A DNA stretch of 63,998 nt, the filler included, from Diploschistes diacapsis (lineage: Eukaryota), in NCBI GenBank assembly GCA_023645945.1. It is 8 parts of 8 records of this genome, joined end to end, with 100 filler letters (N's around TTAATTAATTAA, not from the genome) between each part and the next. Parts side by side here need not be neighbours in the genome. Positions count along the whole stretch, not along the records: positions 36,804 to 61,627 come from JALAIB010000229.1; positions 61,728 to 63,998 come from JALAIB010002290.1; 6 more parts are not named here. One strand, written 5' to 3'. The notes beneath the pieces are model-generated. The model had not been told where the DNA came from. It was given only the letters and a program-made list of their open reading frames with translations, and made no database searches. This document shows, piece after piece, positions 51,878 through 63,998 of this stretch. The position numbers were made by a program, and so were the translations under genes. Positions within the stretch are counted from its first letter, which is position 1; each line of letters begins with the position of its first letter.

Positions 51878-53200
51878 AGGTCAAGTGCACCCCTGAACGA
51901 ACCCCTGGCACGGCATCTGCCACATTGAAAGTCGCAGTCCCTGCCGCAAAATCGACCTCCACGCTCTCGATCGCCCCTGCATCAATCTCCGCCAGCGTCT
52001 CGTACGGCGCTATGTACACACCTCCTCCGCAGCGGATCGCGCGGGTATATTATCACGGAGCCCTCCCACTCCCAGCACCATCGTCCTCGATCCAACCTCC
52101 GGACGCGACCAGCCCGCTGTAGCTATCCACGCCCAACGCCTGCGCCTCGACAACGTACACTCCCCATTGCCAACGCCATACCGAGGAACGCGCTTCCGTA
52201 GTCTCCGTTGTACGGATCCCAAAGTTAGGGGTGTTGGGCCAAGACCGGAAACTTGCAGCTTGAGCTCCGTCTTTTTGGATATAGCTCAGCGGCCCCGCTT
52301 ATCCCTCCGTACCCGACTCTTGGGATGCACGTGTTGTTGAGGTGCTGACGGTAGTATGAGAGCAGTGGTGGGGGGTTTAGCGCAGAACCGTAACTGTGGA
52401 TTTGCCGCTCGACTCGCGCGTATTGCAAGGAGCCGGCATACAGGCTGTCCCAGCAGCGCCGGGCGTTGCCGTTCCACCCCCAGTGCGCAATGCAAGGATC
52501 ATAGCCGAGAGGGAGGAGATGGTTTTGGTGGCTGTTAAAGTTGGGTTGAAGTAACTAGCAGACAGACACATGAGTATCGATTAATCTGTAGAGAAACGGG
52601 ATCGAAGGAAGAGGGCAAGGAAGCGTACTTGGACCAATGTTAAAACCCCTTCCTGTCCCGTCGAGTCCCATGCCATCCCATTGCCGTAGGGGACTGCTTC
52701 AGAGTTCTAATACTTAGCTCTCGCGCGCATGTTACTTTCTAGGCGACTGGCTTCGCTGTTCTCCCGACATGGATCCTGGAGAATGGAACCCCAAACCGTC
52801 TCCTCCATCAAGCCTTCATCAGCGTAAGGAACAACCCAAATCCCATTCGAATCCTGGGCCGTAACTGTCATGACAGTCTCGTAGGATTGGTTCAGATACC
52901 AGTCCCATTTGGGGCTTAGGTGGTGTTTTGGGTAGGCCCTTGGAACGCGCGGTACATGGCTCAACAAGCAGCGCTAACGCGCAGCGCACGTAGTCGTAGT
53001 AGAACAGGGATTTGCGTATGCCGCAGGTGTCGTTCTCCCGGATCGCTGATCCTGCGAAATGATCTAGGGAAGGACTTCGCGGGTTACCGCACCAGCTCCG
53101 CCTTCTGTCCAGCAATCCCTACCCGTGGGTCTTGCCAGACAAAAGTGTTCTGCGCATTTTTCAACAAATTTCAGGTCCAAGTCCGTCGTTTGTGAAGTTT
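51878..53200 (-). pseudogene. Decayed DUF5695-like (putative glycoside hydrolase) gene
   Basis: Collinear motifs in shifting frames: IRKSLFYY, WDWYLNQSY, GLMEETVW, MAWDSTGQEG, ERQIHSYGSALN, RVGYGG, WDPYNGDYG and YIAP..IDAGAIESV. Stops and frameshifts lie between them. The family call is from memory of these motifs. Confidence 0.65.
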
Positions 53201-54303
53201 AGGCAGCCATGAGCAAGAACCCAGGCTGTCATTTTGTGCTGGAGGTGATTGCCGTAAACACAAACACGTGGGACCTTTAGGAGCAGAGAAAGAGGTCTTT
53301 AACATCATGGCGGCGAAAGGAAGAAAGGCCAACAGGAAACATGTCGCAGAACAAGATAAAAGGAGACGAGAGCTGGGGCATTATAAAAGGTCGCATTCAC
53401 CGTAGTAGTAGATACCCCTCCCATACCCCTTGCCCCTTCCAGGTACGTTTAAATATACAAGCCTTGGCAGAGACCACCGGCTGTTTCAGCAAACGCAACG
53501 GCCCATGAAGAGCACAACTACTCTTCACCCAAGTCCCCAAGAGCTCCAAAGGCTAGGAAACAAGCCTCCTCATCGATGCGGGAATTTGCACGGAGGAGAA
53601 AGCTGGTCAGGGGGGGGCCGGGCCCCTTGTAGGGAGATCGGCGTGCGTCCCCCCCTTCCCACAACTTTTTGCTGCAAACTTTTGCTTGCATGCAGCAGCA
53701 CTTCCACCTATCAGAGTATGGCTTCGGTCTCATAGCAGAAAGCCCCTTGGAAAAAAAAAACTACTAAATAGAAGTTATCGGGGGCATGGTGGTTTTCCCG
53801 TTTCGTAATGACAAAGCGGGATAAAAGCCGAACCGTCTGAGATGCGTTTTCCGCCCTGAAGAAGAAGACGATGGGGTCCGTAATATTATATGGGACGTTT
53901 CCAACTTAGGACAGAGGAGGTTCGCTTGTTGGCGGGTATAGTCAAGAGGACCAGACTCAGCAGCTCATTTGTCATTTGAAGACTGTGTTTCAACACATGC
54001 GTTGAAACTCTACCTAAGTAGGAAAAGATATGTAGAATGGATCATACTATGTAGTCTATGCATGGAACGCCCTATGTGCCCTCCAAAGCAAACAAATCTA
54101 TACATAAAAACGCGGAGAGGCCGAAGAAGTTAGGCTCGGCATAGATACGCCTTGATCGATGATGCGGTACGCTTCAAGCCAAACTCCGCTGCGCTCTAAT
54201 AGTATGCCCCCACATGCTCCGCCGCGCTAGATGTTGTCCGCCGTAAATGCACGCCGATATCCATGTTTTGAATGAGATTGTCATGCCAAAGGAAAGGCTC
54301 CGC

Positions 54304-56447
54304 TTAACTCCACACGTCCTCCTGGTATGTCCCCCGACTCCTCATGCTCTTCACCACCTCGTCTGCCTTCTCTGCGCTGATGCCTCTCTTCTCGGATATT
54401 ATTTGCGCGAGCACATTGTTGACATCCCGTGCCATGTTTGCCGCGTCACCGCAGACGTAGAAGTTGGCCTTCTGCTTCTCCAGCAGCTCGTTGATTTCGT
54501 CGGCTTGCTGCTTGAGCAGATGCTGAACGTAGACCTTTTCCTTTTGCTCCCGCGAAAAAGCGGTGTGCATGGCAAACGAGGAGCCGAGCGCGGAGGCGTA
54601 TCGCTGTAGATGATTTGTTAGTTCAGAAAAGGGAAGAAACGGGTTTAGCAAGCACGTACATCCCAATCATCCTTGTAGATAAAGTCCTCGTCCTTCTTTC
54701 TGCAGCCAAAAAAGAGTATGGTCTTGCCGACCTTCTCGCCTTTGGCAGCCTGCGCGGCCCTCTCTTGCACGAAACCACGGAAGGGCGCAACGCCCGTTCC
54801 GGGCCCGATCATGATCACCGGCTTGGTTGGATCCGATGGGAGCTTGAAGTTCGAGTGTCGCACATGTACCGGGACGTGGATGCCGTCGTATTTGTTCCTT
54901 GGCCCCGTTATGGCATAGGTGAGGCCGTGGGGGTCAGGGTTCGGGTCGCCATGCTGCTTCTGCTTGAGCGCCAGAAGGTAGTTGGTCGTGACGCCCTTCA
55001 CGACGTGAGAGCCTGGAACCTGGATTGATTCGACGATGGCGGTTATGGAGATTTGCTTGGGCTGAACGAGGGAGGAGGAGGAGATGGAATAATAGCGTGG
55101 CTGGATTTTGTTGATGCCTTCGATGAAGGCGGAGAAGGGGATTGCAGACCAAGGCTTCTCGGAGTTGACGGAAAGGAGAACCTGGGCTATGTTCATATAC
55201 TTTGATGCGATCTTATCTTGAAAGTAGTCCTTGTCGCTTCCCAGCTTCTTCATCTCCGCCTTCGAAGGTTCGTCCGGTGCGAAAGCGGCAAGCGTGTCGA
55301 TGAACTGTCGAGAAACAGGTCCGCATATTTCCATGTGATATCGAACAATAGTGTCGTAAGTGGTGGGGGTGGGAAAAGGCACGCGGGCGGTAGGATCGAG
55401 CCCCTTTACGCCAATAACGGAATTGCGCTTTTCTGCGAGACCGCTAACGTTGAGAAAGCGGTCTACCTCGACGCCAGCATTTGTGGGCCAGACGGCAATG
55501 TGATCTCCAGTCTGATAGGATAGGTTCGAGCCTTGAACATCGAGCTCCATGTGCAGGCAGTTTCTATCCTTTGACGTAAACAGCTCTTTGGACTCGACGA
55601 TGGGCGCAATGTACGGATTATGCGAGTTGTACGGACCCTTCGACTCGCCTTCGAGGTGGTTCTTGTTCGGCTCCCCCAGGTAGACCGTGGGCGCGGCCGT
55701 GTCCAGCTCGTCGCGATCGATGATGGAAAAGACGGGTTCGTAGACAGCCTCACGCTCTTCAAGGCCCATAACCTCGGCAGCCTTTGCCCACATGGGTTCT
55801 TTCCATGCCAAAAAGTCTTCCTCCATTGTGCCGGCGCCATCGTCACCCATGCCAATTTCTCCGATTCTTTGTGCGCCGAACCTGGCGATTGCAGAGTCCA
55901 CGTTTTTGACCATGACGTTGTAGTGCTCGTATGTGTTGTTGCCGAGACCAAACGCCACGTACTTCAGGCTGGACAATGGCTTATCTTCGACACCGGCGCC
56001 CTTACTGAAGGCGACATCTTCCCCTTTGATGAATTCGTAGAACTCCACTGCGTTGTCCGTGGGCTCGCCTTCGCCGTAGGTGGCGAGAACGAACATTGCC
56101 ATCTTGTCTTCCGGGAATTCGTCCAGGTTCTCATAGTCGTAGTCTTCCAGATCCGCAACCATGGTCTTCAAGCCGAACCTAGAGGAGCCTTCTTTCGCTA
56201 GCCTCGAAGCATAGTCCTCCGCGGTACCCGTCTGGGAGCCGTAGAAGATGATGCAGTTCTTTCCCGACTCGTCCATCTTTTCCAGGAAATTCCTCGTCTT
56301 GCCCGCCTTGTGTCCGTTCGCTTCGGCATAGGCAGCGGCATAAGGATCTTTGGTTATGCCCCATAGCGTACCCTTCGTGAAATAGGCTGCAGTGCCCACC
56401 AGCAGGACGACCAGGACGACGAGGTCTAAAGTGTCTATCTGAGCCAT
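54304..56447 (-). CDS. cprA: NADPH-cytochrome P450 reductase
   Basis: N-terminal anchor, FMN motifs FYGSQTGTAEDYA and ATYGEGEPTDNA, FAD motif PRYYSISSS, NADPH motif MIGPGTGVAPFRGF, and C-terminus YQEDVWS. Intron 54604-54659. Confidence 0.97.
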
Positions 56448-58511
56448 CTTGATTGTCGACGATTAAACAAAAGTACAGTGTATGCTGAGCAAGGGGAAGC
56501 GTAGAGGATGGGAATGCAAAGACCCTAGAAAGACTTGTCGCGGCCACAAGACAATTCACTTGAGGCCGAGATGGGAGAGTTTTTTTTAGTTTGGGCAAGG
56601 TTTCGGGCTGACCGGAAAACCGTCGGTCCGCTACAGGTTTGGAACCGGGTGGAAGTTCTACCGCCTTAAGGACGACCGATGGGAATAACTCTCAAACCCA
56701 TGTCTCGTGGACAGAGAGCACTGCATGCAAAGGGCCAAGTCTATCTAGCTCAAGTGCTGAGAACACCGATCTTCCAACCTTGCTTCTTCTTTTCGTCGTA
56801 TCATGGAGTAATCTACTGCAAATTTGCTGACTGGGCATATATACGTCCATACAGCTACTTCGCAGATATCATGTCGCTGTCACTCGTAAAGTGTTTTTTG
56901 ATCTGATCTATCCTGCACGTTGTGATTCCAGGTGCCAGGCTATTTTCATGGGGAGACTCTGCTACTCGATTGGATCTCTGACGACATTTGGCAACTGGAG
57001 CGAAGCACATGCACAATATCGTGATCAGTGATCAGTCGATGACACATGGACTTCGGAGCCACCGGGCAACCTCGCTGTACAAGGCCGAATGAGCGTTTTG
57101 TCTGCGCACTTCCTTGTAAGCGCAGATGTTGGAGGTGAGATCGGAAAATAGTGTTGCACAGGGCTTCTGCTCGGGGGTAGCTTTTAGCAGCCAGCCAGCA
57201 CTTCAACCAAGGGTTCTCAGATGAAGTTGATCAAGCTTGGTCCGAGCATTCCAATATAACTTAGAGGTCCTGGGATGACTTTATATCGTCTCCGCTTGAA
57301 CGACCAGAAGTCGGGATTCAGTGGCACCCAAGACACCTATCTCATGCCGTGATACATACAGGTGACGAGGCAAAGATGAGGCAGTTGAAGAAAGAGGTGC
57401 AGCTGCTAAGTTAGTTACGTCCACAGAGTAGAGTAGAGACATGGCACGGAAAATCTCATATTAGAGATGCCTGTTTAGTAACCCAATTGATTCAGGGACG
57501 TTACATACATAGCCTTGCAACAAAGCGGCAGTGCGGTAGGATCATCTTTGTAGTTCCACACCGCACTATGTGACTGCTCAAATCAGCAATCTGTGGCACG
57601 GCGCAAACAGCATAAACTTCACGAGATGGAGGGCACGAGTTGCAACGCTGACGCTGACACTAACCTAGTGCCACAACTAGTCAGCGCTAACCTTCATTCT
57701 AGGGGGTAACTTCGTAAGGCCAAGTTGTTGGAATGGCACTGGAATAATCTGGATGTTGCATAGTGCACAAGCTCCCATGCAAGTTGTCGGCCGCCCCGCC
57801 TCTTGATACTGACCATTCGACGTTATTGGCCGACTTCAACCATAAATGAGGTGGCTGTGGTGCCTGGGCTGCTGCTATTGGTCCGCCTTGGGGCTCGCCG
57901 CCCCTCCCAAATCATGTGCATTTCCAGTGGTCTCAGTTGCGTCGTCAGCAGCCAATTGACGGTGCGACCACTGCTGGACACATTACGCTTGTTGACAGTA
58001 TAGTGCTGGTGCCTCTTGGATGAGCGGCAGATCAGGAGTGGGACAAATGGAGAAATAGAGAGATTTATATCCTCCAACGTCCTGACAACCTTCAGAGCAT
58101 CTTTCCGCGAGCGCTCCCGACATCTTTGCCATGTCTGCTTTCTACCACCAGATGTTTTCAAGGCCTCCTCCTCCTCTGGAACTTTCCGACTGGGCCAGTT
58201 CGGCCTGGCTCTTTTTCTTGTTAGCTATGAACTCTGATGTCCTGAGCTTCTTCTTTGTCCCCCAACGCGCAATGCACGGAAGTGCATTCGAAAAGCTTAC
58301 TTGGACCTTCTGGTGGGCTGATCCTGATGTTTTCGAAGGGACAACAACACAATCAACCGGTTCTGCTCTCACAAGCAAAGCAGAGCAAAGCAAGAGAGAG
58401 CAGGAGCAGCATGCAGCACCCAGTCAGCCTCGTTTGCCTTGAGACGCAACGCATTGGGCACAGCGATCCCCACGCTAAAGGTGGCAAAAGATGGCTCGAC
58501 CCCACGTTTTG

Positions 58512-58514
<3 letters not shown>

Positions 58515-58554
<40 letters not shown>

Positions 58555-58856
58555 CTGCTCTCTCTGCTCTCTGACGGCTGGCTGTGCTGATTCGTTGAAT
58601 TGGCGATCCTCCAGGCAACAATGGGCCAGCAAGTGGCAGGCAGCCTATTGGTCCGCTAGCTGACGAATCAGAGCCGTGCACTCTCCCCTCTCCCTCTCCC
58701 TCTCTCTCCCTCCCTCTCTCTCTTTCTCCTCTCTTCTCTCTCTCTAGGTAGCTTACTAACCTTAGGAAGCGGGAGCCACAAGGGAGCCCGAGTCCCCGAA
58801 GACACTCTTTGGTGAAAGTGCAGCAAGACCAAGTCTACACCCACCCACACACACAC
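58515..58856. repeat. Cluster of (CT)n, (CTCTCC)n and (CA)n microsatellites
   Basis: Runs visible at ~58515-58548, ~58681-58746 and ~58840-58856. Confidence 0.8.
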
Positions 58857-59650
58857 TATACCTCGCCAAGCTCGTCCGGACTCTGGGGAACTCTGGCGTG
58901 AGTGATGCTTTTCTTTCTCCTCTTAGAGGGACCGGTTCACTCAGCTCAAGCAAAAGAGCCCCCCACTGGCAGGTCGGTCATCTTTTTCCTTTGAGCAGCT
59001 ATCACACAGCTATCACAGCGTATGTTGCAACGCTCATTTATAGTTCTCTGCATCGCCTTGGGAAACATTTGATCCGCATTTATCTTCACCTCACTTCATA
59101 AACTCTTCAGCATCTTCAGCATCTTCACTCTTTGCCGCAGCTAGTGCCTCTTTGCCTTCGGACGAACTCCCCCCCACCACCTCACCATTTGCTACCGGTA
59201 CCCCCGCCCTCACCTGTCCTTTCACTCTTCTCCAGTCCAACCGTCTCGCCAACCCATCTGCATCTCAGTCTTCATTGCTCCTCTCTCGGCACATTCTAGC
59301 AGCCACAGAATTTTTGCATCTTTTCCCAAAGAGATTTGCGTCCATATCGCACATCTTGGATACTAGCACTCCAACTACCTTGGCGCTGGTATTTTCACAC
59401 GACTACGGCCCCGAGTCTCTCACGCAAGGGTTTCGTCTCGTCGCTGTTACGCTTGTCCGTCGGATCGTCCATCTTCTTCAGCCCAATTTCCCGTTTCTCC
59501 GTGGCAATAGACAAATACGTACCCGTCGGTCCAGGGCCCTTTCTGGCCTTTGTACGCACCTTAGCGGGCAAAACAGCTCGTACCCAGCCCAAATTGCCTT
59601 AAGACAGCAAAGATTCAGACATCCAAAGTCAAAGCGGAAATACGCAGCCA

Positions 59651-60373
59651 ATGGAGAGCACTGGCTTTAAACCATGGAGAGCTTTCGGTGAAGAATCCGA
59701 CACTTCTAGTAACGCTGCTGTGTTCGGAAAGCATGGTGGGCACCATCCTGTTGTGCGTGCGTCTGTGTCTGAACGGTCATTTGCTTCCACCGAATCCAAG
59801 TGGAGCGTGCTCCGTCCTTACGGCACGGAAACGTTTGACGCTCATGTCGCACGTGGGATCGGCGGTGCAAACAGTGTCCGTTCAAGCTTGACCGACAACC
59901 TTCTCAACGAGCTTGACGAAATGATGCCTCCAGCTCGCCCGGCGATCGAGGCTTCGACCGAGTACGATCATGTTCGCCGTGAGTCATCAGTCGTGTCACC
60001 TTTTCCGATTTGCTGCTGACATGCTCCCACAGAATTGAGCTTGTATCTCGATAGGCTTGGGCTCGGTTTACCGCCTGCAGGTCCCGTTCCTGATCCCCGG
60101 CAGCTATCCCTCCTATACACTTTGCGTGCCTTCCTCCGTATTCCTCAACCACGCGGTGTTCTTTCTGACCTCGAGGACGTACCGAATGCTATCGTTACGC
60201 GGCAAAGTGTCTATACTCTCGTCAAATGGAGCATTCTACTCGTGTGTACAATGGCACTTGCCGTTGGAGCCCTGGTCGTTCCGCAGGTGTATGGCGTCGA
60301 CCTCCCAGACTTCTTCGTGCGTGGCATTGTCCTCATGGTCATTGCGGTCATCGCCGCGATCTTCTGGCTATGA
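59651..60373 (+). CDS. Hypothetical protein with two C-terminal transmembrane helices, 2 exons
   Basis: ORFs 59651-60019 and 60035-60373 join in frame through intron 59979-60032 (GTGAGT...GCTGAC...CACAG). Hydrophobic segments WSILLVCTMALAVGALVV and GIVLMVIAVIAAIFWL. Confidence 0.6.
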
Positions 60374-61727
60374 CGGGCATCTCCCATGGAGACGGTTAAC
60401 CTTTTGCTGCTCGCAGCTGCCATGTTTTCGAAGAATTATATATGATGTGCCAACTGAACATTCTGTTTTTCTTTTCTTTTTTTCTCCTCAATAAGCGAGA
60501 CTTGCTGTCAGCTTCGGTGCATCTCGAACGTTCCTTCAGAGCTTGCGTTTCCCTTAAGTAAAAGTACTTTGATAGTCGTATGAGATTCATAATGCCATTC
60601 CACACCCAAAATAGGAGCCGTCGCCCACAAACGGAAATTTGGAGTTCTATGAACCATGCGTCACTCCAGGGACTGACTTCCGCAACCAGGCCCACAATGG
60701 CCGGTCCACTTCGATGACCTGGGGTACACATTCAACGGGTTTACCGTCACCAACCTGACCTTCGTAGCCGTGCCATTCCTCCAACGCATAAAAAACCTTG
60801 GCATTTGCTTTTCTGGCCGATACCGTCCTTGCTATTCAGCTCTCTCCCTCGCACACACACTCTCTCAAGCCCATAAGAAGGGACAGAAGGGAGACGGTAC
60901 ATCTTGTTCACGCGCCATACAACATGGACCTTGAAGTTTTTGCGGCATGGAAAACCAAACGGGAAAAAAACACTATGCCCATTGTACTACTTCCAGTAAA
61001 GATCGGATGTTTTGCAGATCGGAGAGTCCCCCGGGATTTTCCCATGCGTCGTATCACAATGCAGAGGAAGGGAAGATGATTAGCGTAGTAGAGCCCCCTC
61101 GTGCCTGTGAGATCCAGCGAACCCGGAAGTTCCCGGTCCCCGGGCGGGGGCCAGGGGGGCGGAAACACTAGCAAACGGTTCGACGACGATTCGACGACGA
61201 AACAACGACGAGCGAACGAACGGGGGTGTTTGGAGAATCAATCCCTGGAACCCTCCCCCTGCACGATGCAGGCTCCCTGATTTTCTTGATTACCCCCCGT
61301 GCTTCTCCCATCCATGTCCTTTTGGGTCAATTTTATTTAGATTTAAGGTTATCTTGGAAAACGTCCGGGGCCATACCATGCCCCGAGGTGCCCCGATCGA
61401 TCGCTCGGTATCTATCCGCAGGGTAACGTGTTTCACCAGGAAACGGATCACCCCACGAAGCGGAACACTACATTATAATGTAATTCCGCTAGATCGAGCG
61501 CTTCCATATTTGTACGAAGCTAAATCTGTTCTCAACCACACTACCCCGTTCTTCGGCCTTTAAGAAATACACTTTACGAGGGTGCAGGGATTGTGTTCCG
61601 CTTTGTGGTGTGTTCCGTTGTGTTGTGNNNNNNNNNNNNNNNNNNNNNNNNNNNNNNNNNNNNNNNNNNNNTTAATTAATTAANNNNNNNNNNNNNNNNN
61701 NNNNNNNNNNNNNNNNNNNNNNNNNNN

Positions 61728-63998
61728 TATCGTAACTATGTACGTACTACTCGATAACGGCACGTTACCCTTTTTAATAAAAATGTCTTTATAATAGCTC
61801 TAAGGTCCGCTCGGTACCGAAATGTTTTACCAATTTATTATTATAATAAATATATAGGAGTTCTATTCGTATAGATTTTTCTATCGGGATATAGATTCTG
61901 CTTTTATATCGTAATAAGCCTTTCTTATCGAGCTTTTACGGCGTATTACCAGCGTCTCGTCATCGGGTCGCTTACTTTAAAAAACTTTATTTTTCTTTAA
62001 CAAATTTATTCTTTCGCTATAGAATAATAATTGTGTCTCGCAATTTCTTCGACGGCGATCCATATATCGTTTCGTTTATTATTATTTCTTAAATGACTAA
62101 ACGTGGGACGAGCTGTTTGTAATTAATAGTCCTAGCGATAAGATATAGTATCATTACTGAATCGTTATTTATTTGAGTTTGCTTTTCTAGGCTAAGATTC
62201 CCTAAGGTTGCTACCTTAAGATGGGGTTTCTTAAGCCCCTGAAACAGATTAATAATTTTAATCTTCGCCTGCTTCTATAGCGCGGCTTGCTCCTTTTTCG
62301 CCGGCGAGGCGATAACAGCATTCAGCTGCGCCAATTTACTTTATAATATTGATAATAATCCCCGAATTTGATTATTTCCTTCGAAATAATCTGACCTTCG
62401 CGAAAAACCGTCAGTTGGGTTATTCGCCTTTGGACGGTGCGATATAATAAAGTTTATTAATGTCAATTTTATTGCCTATCTGGCTTAACGATCTGAAAGT
62501 GTTTTTTAATCTATAAATACTTTTAGATTATTATGGTCGATAATTATTTCAACCGCTTGCGACGCGCCTTCGAAATAATAACGCTATTACCTAAAAGCCA
62601 TTACAATGGCTAAGAATTCCCCGTCGTGGGTTTCGTAATTTCTTTCCGTAGGGTTTATTTTCCTGGACCAAAACGTTATTGGATGTTATATTCCATTTGG
62701 ATATAATTATAATAGAACGGCGGCGATTTTAAAACCTAACGCGTCTATTTCGACCCGAATTCATAGGCCTGAGTCGAAATATTTTAATATAGGGGTCTGA
62801 ACGAATTTTTTTTTTAAATTACGGAATGCTTGCTCCTCGCTAACGGTCCAAGAAAGTTGTCCTGTTTTTTTTTTATTTTTGCTTTCCTTTAGGAGTTCTG
62901 TCAACGGATTAGTAATTTTTAAATATTTTAAAATAAACCTTCGATAAAAGTTATAGAATCTAAAGAAAACTTATACCTTCTTAAACGATTTAAATACCGG
63001 CCATTCGTTAATAATTCGCACGCGATTAACATCCATTTCGATTCCTTTAATAGAAATGATATATTCCAAGAATTCCAGTCGTTTAATAAAGAATTCGCAT
63101 TTCTTGAAATTAGCGAATAGTTAGAATTTTCGAAACCTATTAAGAACAAATTGGAAGTGTTCCGTATGCTCCTCGGCATTATTCGAGAATACAAGAATGT
63201 CGTCCAAATATACTATATAAATGATATCAACTAATTTTGTTAATACACGGTTAATATATGTTTAAAAGGTCGTTGGGGCGTTAATTAACCCGAATAACAT
63301 TATTATATATTTAAAATGACCGTATCGAGTACGAAACGCTGTCTTCCATTCATCTCCTCGTTTGATCCGAATCTTATAATACGCGTTCTTTAAGTTTAGT
63401 TTTGAATAAATCTTAACTTCATTTAGACGATCGAGCGTTTCGCTGATAAGAAATAAAGGATATCTATTCTTTTTTATTATTTTGTTTAAATCTCGGTAAT
63501 TCACATATAATCGCAAAAAACCATCCTTTTTAAGCACGAATAAAATAAAGGCTTTTATTAGGTTAATCGAAGGTCGAATCCAGCCATATAATAGGACATT
63601 ATTTAGATATTCGCGGAATTCTCGTAATTCGATCGCTGAAAGATGATATAATAAGCTATAAGATAGCTCCGCGTCCACTTCAATTGTATGATTTTAAGGA
63701 CCGTTCGCTGGTAATTCGTTGGCCAATCGTTCGTTAAATATATCTTCGTACTTTATAATGGCTTCAAAATTTTTGATTAAATTAACATTTTTTATACGAA
63801 TCGGTAGCGACTCGTTCACGATATCTTTATTATCCGTTTTATTAATTATTAAAACGTATATTATAGTATAATTTTCTATACTCTTCGAGAATTCTTTAGG
63901 GGGAGATATTTAATATTTTTCTCGATTAAATTTAAAACGTTAAGCTATTTCTTCGCAATTTAGTAGCAGCTTCCCCGCCTTGAGGCCTGGTGTGCCCA
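61728..63998 (-). mobile_element. Ty3/Gypsy pol (RT and RNase H), RIP-inactivated
   Basis: KKDGFLRLYVNYRDLN, KTAFRTRYGHF..MLFGLINAPTTF, YLDDILVFS, then RNase [14 protein letters not shown]. Transition-derived stops. Confidence 0.92.

Noticed and set aside
3665..56447. Apparent lipid/sterol gene cluster (ACC1, CBR1, IDI1, cprA)
   Set aside because: The genes lie on two unlinked contigs separated by artificial linkers, are interspersed with unrelated housekeeping genes, and have no PKS, terpene synthase or P450 nearby.
57800..58450. Short overlapping ORFs upstream of cprA
   Set aside because: No recognisable motifs and no consistent exon structure.
60700..61627. Homopolymer-rich, hairpin-like sequence near contig ends (also 1-300 and 26270-26530)
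   Set aside because: No shared motif or ORF. It resembles low-coverage consensus with inflated base runs and cannot be supported as a feature.

Overview
Genomic DNA of a filamentous ascomycete (Pezizomycotina-type GT-AG introns with CTAAC-like branch points; RIP-mutated transposons). The window is not one locus. It is 8 contigs joined by artificial 100-bp linkers (44 N + TTAATTAATTAA + 44 N), so adjacency across a linker means nothing. Contig 1 (1-24833) carries ACC1, CDC27/bimA, SND2/TMEM208, CBR1 and a fungal NLR (SesB-like alpha/beta-hydrolase + NACHT + 14 highly similar ankyrin repeats). Contig 36804-61627 carries IDI1, a GNAT acetyltransferase, a Nup49/58-like nucleoporin, TAO3/PAG1, a DUF5695-like pseudogene, NADPH-cytochrome P450 reductase and a small membrane protein. 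The six ~2.27-kb contigs hold a partial membrane-protein gene, a broken aspartic-protease gene and RIP-degraded Copia and Gypsy retroelements. The most unusual items are (1) a ~290-bp non-coding LTR element (TRIM-like) nested in a Gypsy integrase, with 72-bp LTRs, the same half-tRNA-iMet PBS as the neighbouring Copia family, and Pol III A/B-box-like motifs, and (2) the NLR ankyrin array, which shows hypervariable positions and signs of repeat shuffling.
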